From a virus: DNA of 64,000 bases. The DNA is taken from positions 6,848-70,847 of IMG/VR virus record IMGVR_UViG_3300034684_000292; one strand, 5' to 3'. Made by a program: the position numbers and the translations under genes. Shown in pieces: positions 1 to 7,521 of the stretch. The notes beneath the pieces were generated by a model. The model saw only the letters and a program-made list of their open reading frames with translations, ran no database searches and was not told where the DNA came from. How positions within the stretch are numbered: position 1 is the first letter of the stretch; the number at the start of each line of letters is the position of its first letter.

Positions 1-675
1 TTCCGACCTGTTTTTATCGTACAGAATAGCCATTTTATGAATTTGCATGTTTATATCCACATCGAGGTTATCCTCAAATATTTTGTTCAGAAGTTCTATG
101 TATCCCATTTTAGAACCCCAGAATAATCCGGCAGTTCTGTGAGAAACTTTGTTTTCCAGAGTTTTATAGAAATTCTTCATAAATTGATAGTCTTTTTCAT
201 CGTAAATTACAAACTTGAAGTAATCGTTCTTACCCATGAATTTGTAATTCTCAGATAGCATTCTGTGGTTTTCACCCGTACTCGGCCCTTTCACATCCAA
301 AATAATAAATACATTATCAAATTCCTTGTACTTCTCAATCTTCATTGAACCGTTTGTTTCGATAACTACATTTATTCCTTCATCCTTAAAAGAACCAAGT
401 AAATCTCCTACTTTTTGCAAAAGAGGTTCTCCACCTGTAAGACATACAAGTTTTACGTTGTATTTCTTTACTTCATTTACTATCTCCTCTTCGGACATAA
501 CCTTACCGCTCCCAATTTCGAGCGCTTCGGGAGTATCACAAAGAGTCCCAAATGTTTTCTTGTAACAACGTATGTTACAACCGGCCAATCTTACGAACAC
601 GCACTTGGCTCCCATCCCGAAGGGATTAACCTCTCCCATAAATGCGGGATAAATTGTATTAATTCTAAGCGACAT
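1..675 (-). CDS. queE: 7-carboxy-7-deazaguanine synthase (radical SAM), 3' end runs off the window; absent from ORF track
   Basis: Manual translation from ATG 675: MSLRINTIYPAFMGE...VFVRLAGCNIRCYKKTFGTLCDT...LTGGEPLLQ...ETNG...DVKGPS...NMQIHK, typical QueE motifs. Confidence 0.9.
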   Translation of the reverse strand, partial: MSLRINTIYPAFMGEVNPFGMGAKCVFVRLAGCNIRCYKKTFGTLCDTPEALEIGSGKVMSEEEIVNEVKKYNVKLVCLTGGEPLLQKVGDLLGSFKDEGINVVIETNGSMKIEKYKEFDNVFIILDVKGPSTGENHRMLSENYKFMGKNDYFKFVIYDEKDYQFMKNFYKTLENKVSHRTAGLFWGSKMGYIELLNKIFEDNLDVDINMQIHKMAILYDKNRSE

Positions 676-1117
676 AAATAAATTCCTCTTTAGTTAAATA
701 TGGTTTGAACTCCAATAATCTGTTTTTGTACACTCCTACAAAGTACCCAATAGCTATTACGATTACTTCTCTCAGATAATCCTGTTTTTTGTAAGTTTCC
801 AAAAAATTGAGTAGTCTTGTTTGTCTTTCATCAACCGACTGCTCAAGATACTTTTCAACATTTTCCCTGTTTCTCCGCAACTCTATATGAGAACGTATAG
901 AAAGCGCATAAGTTTGAAGCTCGTAAAAATTTACCATTTCTGCCAATGCAGCCGTTATAAGTGCCTTGTTATTGGTTGCATAAATTTTATCGAGCTCCAC
1001 AGTTATTTTTCTTTTCGATTGATTGAGTACTTTCTCGAATTGTTCCCTGTTTTCGGCTTTTTTCATATCGTTGTACTCAACTACTGCTCCGACTAAACTG
1101 TTATACAGTGTATCCAT
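665..1117 (-). CDS. hypothetical helical protein
   Basis: 150-aa ORF overlapping both neighbours in the operon. Confidence 0.7.
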   Translation of the reverse strand: MDTLYNSLVGAVVEYNDMKKAENREQFEKVLNQSKRKITVELDKIYATNNKALITAALAEMVNFYELQTYALSIRSHIELRRNRENVEKYLEQSVDERQTRLLNFLETYKKQDYLREVIVIAIGYFVGVYKNRLLEFKPYLTKEEFIYVA

Positions 1118-1463
1118 TTTTACTCTTCTTTTTTAGTATTCTGTTTATTTTCTTAATCCTTCGTGTCAATAGACCAAATTTTCTCGGAGGTAGTATGTCT
1201 CTTCCTTCAAGACCATCTTTTAAATCATTCTGCAATTTAAGTTTTTCTCTAATTAATCTCTCATGCGACCAACTTTCCTTAGGTGCATTTGGATAATCGT
1301 CATGTTTCCAAAAACCATCCACAAAAACTTGTTTCTTACCCTTATACACTCTGTGTGTTTTAGAGATATATTGAGTGTCTCCAATATTTCTGAGATGTTT
1401 TCTTATAACACTCTTTTTATTTTTTCCGCTTCGTAAGTGTTGTTTTACATTAGTTTGTTTCAT
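1101..1463 (-). CDS. very basic hypothetical protein with VKxHxR...IRxHxR N-terminal motif
   Basis: MKQTNVKQHLRSGKNKKSVIRKHLR; tightly packed in the operon. Confidence 0.7.
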   Translation of the reverse strand: MKQTNVKQHLRSGKNKKSVIRKHLRNIGDTQYISKTHRVYKGKKQVFVDGFWKHDDYPNAPKESWSHERLIREKLKLQNDLKDGLEGRDILPPRKFGLLTRRIKKINRILKKKSKNGYTV

Positions 1464-2211
1464 TTCGTTTGCTCTTTCGTGAAACTTTTACCTTTTCGGG
1501 TATTTCTTCAAAGTCGGTAACCTCACCAATATCCTTACGTGAATCTGCTACTTCCTCAATTTCTATTGGTTTAGATTCCTCAATTGCAGGTTTGGAACTT
1601 CCACCGAATATCTTGGCAAGTATTCCACCGCCTGTATCGGATGCTCTACCTGTTGCAGTTACGTTAAGTGAGAATTTTTCTCTTTCGGAATCGATTTTCA
1701 TTCCCACCAATCCCAACAATCGGTCAATTTCTGAGGATAACCCCACATCTGGAACTCCTCCGTCAAGTTTTTCATACAAAGATGCTCTCTGAACTCTTTC
1801 ATATTGCAATTTAGTCATAAAATCAATCATTCCCGTAGCATCCTTTGGTCTGTTTTCGCCCCAATCTATTACACATTCATGGTCTTTTCTGTACATCGGG
1901 CATTTATCGAATATGTAACAAGTATTACAATTTATTCCCATGCCCAAATCATTCATGGAAATTTTAGTATCTCTCTTTATTATAGCAACAATATCAAACT
2001 CCTCACTCCATATATCCATAGGGTGAGTTTTGATATTTTCCAGATAAACATCCTTGCATTCCTCAAGGTCTTCCATTGTTTGTTTGCAGGTAATGCAATC
2101 CGGAAAATTTCCTTTCTGAAAGAACGGACACAGATGTTTCTTTAAATCCTCTTCTGTATCCGCACTTTTTATCAATGCTATTCTGCTTGCTATACTATCA
2201 CTTATTTTCAT
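1450..2211 (-). CDS. Cys-rich metal-binding protein directly downstream of the DpdA-like gene
   Basis: CPFF-x7-CxxC-x9-C and CNTCYIFDKC-x8-C clusters; start overlaps the dpdA stop. Confidence 0.75.
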   Translation of the reverse strand: MKISDSIASRIALIKSADTEEDLKKHLCPFFQKGNFPDCITCKQTMEDLEECKDVYLENIKTHPMDIWSEEFDIVAIIKRDTKISMNDLGMGINCNTCYIFDKCPMYRKDHECVIDWGENRPKDATGMIDFMTKLQYERVQRASLYEKLDGGVPDVGLSSEIDRLLGLVGMKIDSEREKFSLNVTATGRASDTGGGILAKIFGGSSKPAIEESKPIEIEEVADSRKDIGEVTDFEEIPEKVKVSRKSKRNETN

Positions 2212-3163
2212 AGTAAGAAACTACCTTATTGGTAAGTTTTAAGTTTGCATATTTAAGTACCTCTTTACGGAATCCCATCCAACCGAGTAAATTCATTTTG
2301 TTTATGGAAGTTCTGTCCTCAGTTTTAGTTACTTTATCGATATCAACTCCGATTTGTTCATACGCATACCTGTTTGCTTTTCGCAAATATTTTCTTTTGT
2401 AATCTATGGTTCTAAAATTTTTTCCGTCATAATCATACGTTGTACCGAAACGTACCCCACCTAACCACGTTACAGAATCCGCAGAAAAGAATGGGTATCT
2501 TTTAAGTAAATCAAATTCAGTCCATGCAAATCCATGTATTCTCCTGTTATAATACTTGGCTAATTGGTATATTTTTGCTGCTTGTTCCTTATGAACCTGA
2601 TTAACTCCCACATACTCATATCTCTTCATGTAATATTTCAGTGAATCCAATATAGTAGAATAAACATTTCCTTCATGCGCAACATATACAATTTGTATCC
2701 CATCTTTCTCCAACGGTTCAAAGTATTTTTGGTTCCACTTATGTACAACTTCCTGACCTACAATAGAATCAATATCCAAATTAGCTGCACAAAAAATATA
2801 CTTTTTATGCTCCCTAATCCAAGCAATATACTCCTCCAAATAAGGAATCCAGAACTTTTCATGCCTTGCTTCTTCATATTCGGGAGTACCTTCTCCAAAT
2901 TTGGAAGCAAAAGAAAATGCTCCTGAATCCGTCATAAATAAACCCCCTTGTTCTTTTATCAAAGGTAACATTTTATCGTAATATTCGAGACTTTTCTTCA
3001 AATAAAAATACGAAACAAGCATCTCCCGTATTCCAAAATCGTAAAGCTGTTGAAAATCTCCTGTTGATGAAGCCGAGAAAAACAATACAGATTTATTTTT
3101 GTGTTTTGAATAAGCGGTGAGCTCTTTTGATTTCCTCGTAGTATAACCTCGAATACTGCTCAT
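2198..3163 (-). CDS. dpdA: DpdA/TGT-like 7-deazaguanine DNA transglycosylase
   Basis: TGT-fold motifs MTDSGAFSF, ANLDID, RIHGFA, FFSADSVTWL; lies between queC and queE; ATG 3163 (TTG 3169). Confidence 0.8.
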   Translation of the reverse strand: MSSIRGYTTRKSKELTAYSKHKNKSVLFFSASSTGDFQQLYDFGIREMLVSYFYLKKSLEYYDKMLPLIKEQGGLFMTDSGAFSFASKFGEGTPEYEEARHEKFWIPYLEEYIAWIREHKKYIFCAANLDIDSIVGQEVVHKWNQKYFEPLEKDGIQIVYVAHEGNVYSTILDSLKYYMKRYEYVGVNQVHKEQAAKIYQLAKYYNRRIHGFAWTEFDLLKRYPFFSADSVTWLGGVRFGTTYDYDGKNFRTIDYKRKYLRKANRYAYEQIGVDIDKVTKTEDRTSINKMNLLGWMGFRKEVLKYANLKLTNKVVSYYENK

Positions 3164-3812
3164 CTTCAATTAATTTATAAGTGTATATAAAATCGTCTTC
3201 GGTTATGGGACTATCAAATAGTCGATGTTCATAGATTCCGTTATTGATTAAAGCTACTGCCCGATTAAAACAAACTCTGCATCTTCCACAACCTTTATCG
3301 GATACTCCGGAATAACAAGAACGAGCTTCCTGTATAAGTTTTACAGGCATTCCTTTTTCAATGGCAAGTGCAACCATCTCGGTTTTTGTCTTATCCTGAA
3401 ATGGTGCATAAAATCCATAATTCTCATTTTTCCATCCCATATCCATGATACAGTTCTTATTTAGATGTTCAAACATCTTGTTTATATCTCTGATAAACTT
3501 TTTATCCTTATCGGGAGCATCATCATGTTTATTAAATCCAAAATAAACATGTTGTCCATACTGCATACCAATAGTTCCGAGCAATAAATTCCTGTAAGGA
3601 AGATAACTGTTTGCTCTTTCATATTCCCCTATCGGAAGTTCCTTTATAATAAGTCTGTTTTGATACCTTTTAGGTAGTGTATGTAAATGTTCAATCTCTT
3701 TTTGTGAATATACAGTTTTCATATCCACATACAACAATACATTAGGTCTTATAAGCCATTCCTGTAATAAGGAATCGAAGCCTCCCGAAAATAATAAAAC
3801 TTTCTTTTCCAT
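3093..3812 (-). CDS. queC: 7-cyano-7-deazaguanine synthase (QueC-like)
   Basis: PP-loop VLLFSGGFDS, YLPYRNLL, Zn site SCY...CGRCRVC. Confidence 0.85.
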   Translation of the reverse strand: MEKKVLLFSGGFDSLLQEWLIRPNVLLYVDMKTVYSQKEIEHLHTLPKRYQNRLIIKELPIGEYERANSYLPYRNLLLGTIGMQYGQHVYFGFNKHDDAPDKDKKFIRDINKMFEHLNKNCIMDMGWKNENYGFYAPFQDKTKTEMVALAIEKGMPVKLIQEARSCYSGVSDKGCGRCRVCFNRAVALINNGIYEHRLFDSPITEDDFIYTYKLIEDEQYSRLYYEEIKRAHRLFKTQK

Positions 3813-3849
3813 AAAATAATAACTTTATCTTAGTAAAATCATAGATAAC

Positions 3850-3878
3850 AAAAAGGAACTCTATAAAAGAGTTCCTTT
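3850..3878 (-). terminator. intrinsic terminator after the histone-like peptide gene
   Basis: 11-bp perfect stem AAAGGAACTCT/AGAGTTCCTTT running into a T tract on the minus strand. Confidence 0.8.
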
Positions 3879-3887
3879 AAATTCACC

Positions 3888-4016
3888 TTACTTCGGTGAT
3901 TTTGAAGCCGTTTTAGCTCCACCTCTACCGGTAGCTCTTCCGCCAGCTTTACGACGAGTAGCTCGTTTTGCAGCAGGTTTAGCAGCAGGTTTGGTTGCCG
4001 TTCTTGTTCGTGCCAT
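3888..4016 (-). CDS. 42-aa K/R/A/G-rich histone-tail-like peptide (below ORF-track cutoff)
   Basis: MARTRTATKPAAKPAAKRATRRKAGGRATGRGGAKTASKSPK; own promoter, A-rich initiation region and terminator. Confidence 0.8.
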   Translation of the reverse strand: MARTRTATKPAAKPAAKRATRRKAGGRATGRGGAKTASKSPK

Positions 4017-4086
4017 AATTGTAATTATTAAAGCGCACAGCAGTATTATTTTATATAAAGCGATTAGCCGTTATAACCGCTCGGTG

Positions 4087-4117
4087 CAAATATACGAAGT
4101 ATATTCCAATTGTCAAA
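4087..4117 (-). promoter_or_regulatory. Bacteroidota housekeeping-sigma promoter (-33 TTTG / -7 TAnnTTTG)
   Basis: minus strand TTTG-acaattggaatatacttcg(19 nt)-TATATTTG. Confidence 0.75.
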
Positions 4118-4134
4118 TTATTTCCATAGAATTT

Positions 4135-4407
4135 TTATACTCTGTGATAAATAATTCTCAGGTCTATTGCAGTAACACCGTCTTCGGAAGTTTGAAATGA
4201 TGGTTGTATTCCCAACACAATTCCTGTTTTAATAAAAAATTTATTTGCAAGAATAACTCCTTTTACCGCCTGATTTAGTGCTCCAGCTCCTATAACCCTT
4301 ATGACAATAGGGGTTGTGGGGTCTTTTTTCCACAGCCCATGAATACTCCCCGATAGTCTTTTTGCATCCGTTGATGTTTTACATCTAAGTTCGTACCTTT
4401 CATCCAT
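4135..4407 (-). CDS. spoVS: SpoVS-family (Alba-like fold) nucleic-acid-binding protein
   Basis: Signature IGAGALNQAVK plus PSF...TAI, matches SpoVS. Confidence 0.85.
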   Translation of the reverse strand: MDERYELRCKTSTDAKRLSGSIHGLWKKDPTTPIVIRVIGAGALNQAVKGVILANKFFIKTGIVLGIQPSFQTSEDGVTAIDLRIIYHRV

Positions 4408-4448
4408 AATAAATTCCTAATTATCGGTTTGTGCCGCAAATCTAATAA

Positions 4449-4853
4449 TTATTCATCAACTTTGGAAATATACTTGGCTATTTTTTCAATATCCTCAGGT
4501 CGAACCAATAATAAATACCCTTTTTCGCCTTTTTGTTTTATGGCCACAATGGGAACTTTCTTCTCAACTTTAGCTTTTGACTCAGTATCTTTAAATAAAC
4601 TCCACAGCGAAAACTTATTTCTGAGTTTGCATTCTATGTACAACTCTTCATGTAATGAATCGCTATTTGTATTATGCCTGCTATTACTACCCGATAACGG
4701 AACTCTTTCCGTACCGAAAAATTTAGCAACAGTTCTTTCAAATCCTTTCCAGCTTGTTTTGGAAGTAGGATGTTTTACAACTACTCCGTTTTTTCTGACT
4801 TGGTCTTTTTTGACTTTGCCTCTTTTTAATATGTTTCCTTTTCTAACAGGCAT
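4449..4853 (-). CDS. Holliday junction resolvase-like PD-(D/E)XK nuclease
   Basis: WKGFERTVA...PLSG...SD...IECK. Confidence 0.7.
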   Translation of the reverse strand: MPVRKGNILKRGKVKKDQVRKNGVVVKHPTSKTSWKGFERTVAKFFGTERVPLSGSNSRHNTNSDSLHEELYIECKLRNKFSLWSLFKDTESKAKVEKKVPIVAIKQKGEKGYLLLVRPEDIEKIAKYISKVDE

Positions 4854-5070
4854 TTGACAAAGATAGTAAAATTCCTATACTTATTGTTCCCTCCAAAATA
4901 AAAAATTTATTGTTGGAAGGATTCCATTCGGAATAAATACCAAATAATGTATCTTTCAATATACACGTACTACCTCCGTTTTTAAATTTTTCGATTCTGT
5001 AAAGAATTCCGTTATGATAATTCCTAACATAATCTCCAACTTTATATGCGTCCAAATTATTAATTTCCAT
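4843..5070 (-). CDS. hypothetical protein (SH3/KOW-like start YKVGDYV)
   Basis: ORF packed between neighbours. Confidence 0.55.
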   Translation of the reverse strand: MEINNLDAYKVGDYVRNYHNGILYRIEKFKNGGSTCILKDTLFGIYSEWNPSNNKFFILEGTISIGILLSLSNAC

Positions 5071-5072
5071 AA

Positions 5073-5507
5073 CTACACTCTGCTATCAACTCCCCTTCTC
5101 GTAAGTTCTCTACTTAACATTGTGAGTACATTGGTAAACGATTCCAATTTACCCGCAAGTAAATCCTTATACATTTCAGCCTCTTCAAGGTCTTTAAGTA
5201 ATTCCTCAGAAGAAACTTTTGCATCGTACCTCTTGTCGGTTATTTTATTAAACTTGGAAGCCACAATCTGTTTTGTATATTCCATATCGTATTTTGATTT
5301 GCATTCCGCAAATACTGCACATGCTTCAATGTGTCTGTCCTCAGTATATTCCCTCCAAGCGGTGTATCTCGAAATCAAGTTGCCCAATTCATCCGAAGTT
5401 AAATCGGATACTCTTGTTGGCATTGTTGGAAGTCCTCCTTTTGGAGGAGGTACTTCATCAAAAATTTCCCTAAATTTCTTTAGCGGGTTCTTTCTTATTG
5501 TTGGCAT
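5073..5507 (-). CDS. coiled-coil protein, possibly UvsY-like recombination mediator
   Basis: 144 aa, helical, ends LSRELTRR; recombination gene context. Confidence 0.5.
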   Translation of the reverse strand: MPTIRKNPLKKFREIFDEVPPPKGGLPTMPTRVSDLTSDELGNLISRYTAWREYTEDRHIEACAVFAECKSKYDMEYTKQIVASKFNKITDKRYDAKVSSEELLKDLEEAEMYKDLLAGKLESFTNVLTMLSRELTRRGVDSRV

Positions 5508-5796
5508 GGTAAATTTCGTTTATGTTTAAATACACAACTCCTATAAAAGATTTACTCCAATGTGCCTGATAGCGAATATAAAATTCTTCATTCTTACCAT
5601 GAATCGGTTTGAAGTTATCGAACCTCACAAAATTTTCATCAAATTCTTTTAGAAGTTCCGAAATCTCATTTATCTGAGTTTTGTATTTCTCTTTAATATC
5701 CGGACTAAGATATTCAAATCCGTTATTGTCAAAAGTAAGTTCCGGGTACTTCTTCTGAAATTTAATAAGTCTGCGCTTTATTTCTTTTGCGTCCAT
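5470..5796 (-). CDS. hypothetical protein
   Basis: 108-aa ORF in operon. Confidence 0.6.
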   Translation of the reverse strand: MDAKEIKRRLIKFQKKYPELTFDNNGFEYLSPDIKEKYKTQINEISELLKEFDENFVRFDNFKPIHGKNEEFYIRYQAHWSKSFIGVVYLNINEIYHANNKKEPAKEI

Positions 5797-5798
5797 AG

Positions 5799-6650
5799 TT
5801 ATTCTTTAAAACAATGTGAAACAAACGGACAATTCATAGCTCTTTCACAAAATCTGTCAGGACATACTCTATCAGGTACTTCCTTAGTCTGTACACTTTT
5901 AATAATCTTGTCCATTTTCTTGTCGGCTATTTCGAGTTGTTCCTCGTTAATTGGAAGCCAATGTTCAAGCATTTCCGATGTATCCTTATTTATATACAGA
6001 TACAGTATGTATTTTGCCGATAACTCCCTTCCATATAAGGAAGCCTGAAACTCATGTTTCTTAAACGGTTTGAAAGATACTTTTTTGAAGTTCCACGAAT
6101 TTGTAGTTTTTATTTCCAAAACCGTTCTCTCAGGAAACACTCCGTCTTTAAATATACCGTCGGCTTTACCGTTTATGTAGCGGGCTTCATTTATAACGGG
6201 AACTTCTGCCTGTTCAAGAAGTCCCAATTGATAGAGTATGTTCTGAACATAAACATGGTTCCATGTACCTGAATCAAAAATCCTTTGCAATTGCCCCGAT
6301 ATAGTGGAAACTTTCGGGTCTGTAATCGGAGTTTTGCTCAAATCGTAATACAGCATTCTTGGACAATCATCCAATAAAGAACTCGGATGAAATACATTCT
6401 TAGCTCTTAAATCGGGAGCCATTACAAGGGAGTACAATTTCTGAAACTCAGTAAAAAACACTTCCCTATTGAAGTCTTCCATTGCATCGAGCAATACTTT
6501 AAGTTGTCTTTTTATTCCCGTAACAGAGAATGCTCCGGCAGAAGTAATTCCTGCGGAGCACGCTTTGTCAATCTCCAATACTATTGAAGGTTTTTCACTT
6601 TCAACGGCTTTGGAAATCCTACCAATCATTTCTCCTATACCTCTTTTCAT
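5799..6650 (-). CDS. Cas4-like/RecB-family PD-(D/E)XK exonuclease with Fe-S cysteines
   Basis: HPSS..DCPR, GKADG, LEIKT, QASLY, C-terminal C..C..CPF...C. Confidence 0.8.
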   Translation of the reverse strand: MKRGIGEMIGRISKAVESEKPSIVLEIDKACSAGITSAGAFSVTGIKRQLKVLLDAMEDFNREVFFTEFQKLYSLVMAPDLRAKNVFHPSSLLDDCPRMLYYDLSKTPITDPKVSTISGQLQRIFDSGTWNHVYVQNILYQLGLLEQAEVPVINEARYINGKADGIFKDGVFPERTVLEIKTTNSWNFKKVSFKPFKKHEFQASLYGRELSAKYILYLYINKDTSEMLEHWLPINEEQLEIADKKMDKIIKSVQTKEVPDRVCPDRFCERAMNCPFVSHCFKE

Positions 6651-6820
6651 AACTTTATGATTTTAGCTTGTATGACTTTTACCTCAGACTCTATCTCTTC
6701 CTCAGTAGGTTGGTAAGATTTGTGTTTCCTCGCCTTTATATGCTCTACGGCATTATTCCTGATAGCCCTTTTGAAATTTTCTGCCCTGTAATCAGTATTA
6801 TAATCCATGCTGCAATCCAT
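6647..6820 (-). CDS. 57-aa hypothetical protein (not in ORF track)
   Basis: MDCSMDYNTDYRAENFKRAIRNNAVEHIKARKHKSYQPTEEEIESEVKVIQAKIIKL; follows promoter motif, ATGA overlap with the next gene. Confidence 0.65.
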   Translation of the reverse strand: MDCSMDYNTDYRAENFKRAIRNNAVEHIKARKHKSYQPTEEEIESEVKVIQAKIIKL

Positions 6821-6836
6821 GTTGTAATTAATTGAA

Positions 6837-6868
6837 TGAATATACAGATAACTAAAATAAGTTCCAAA
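6837..6868 (-). promoter_or_regulatory. repeated phage promoter motif, copy 1
   Basis: TTTGGAACTTATTTTAGTTATCTGTATATTCA. Confidence 0.65.
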
Positions 6869-6879
6869 TTTTCCGGCAA

Positions 6880-7377
6880 TTATTTTACTGTATGATAATT
6901 TATAATTGCCGTTGAAAAATATGGAGTCTCATGTATATCCAATATTTGCATTCCAAATTTACCCAACTTAAAATTTATTCTGCGCAAATTTCCGTACTCA
7001 TCTTTATATAACTTGGAATTTACTTTTGCATTATACCCTTTAAGGTTACTGAAATTAATCCAATACGCCAAATAGTGAGGAGTTCCAAATTGTACAGAAA
7101 TAAGTTTTCCGTCAGATTCCCTGTAACCGCATCTTATAGCGGTTACCTCCTTATCGTAAACATTGTTCACAACATACACAAGAAATCCTGTTTCTTCTCC
7201 AACGGGAGTACCTACAACTTTTTCAAATTCTTCCCGATTTACTTTTCCCACATACTTTTGCATATTATCCGCTCGCAAATCGAATTGAACTTCCTGTGTT
7301 TTTACTTCTTCCGTAAAATTCTGTGCGCCGAGTAACTGTGTTAGCAACAACGCTAAAATAATCATTACATTTTTCAT
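6880..7377 (-). CDS. secreted/periplasmic protein with signal peptide
   Basis: MKNVMIILALLLTQLLGA|Q, predicted cleavage before Gln as is common in Bacteroidota. Confidence 0.7.
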   Translation of the reverse strand: MKNVMIILALLLTQLLGAQNFTEEVKTQEVQFDLRADNMQKYVGKVNREEFEKVVGTPVGEETGFLVYVVNNVYDKEVTAIRCGYRESDGKLISVQFGTPHYLAYWINFSNLKGYNAKVNSKLYKDEYGNLRRINFKLGKFGMQILDIHETPYFSTAIINYHTVK

Positions 7378-7521
7378 ACTGTTTCCATTTTAATTGTTTA
7401 AAAATTTAGTTTTAAAATAACCGCCTCAAGTACGACTGCTCCTACGATTTTACGTCCGTGTCGTTTCTAACCTATCCCATGACTTTTACTTGGGCTGCAA
7501 GACGGAAAAGCCCCACAGCTT

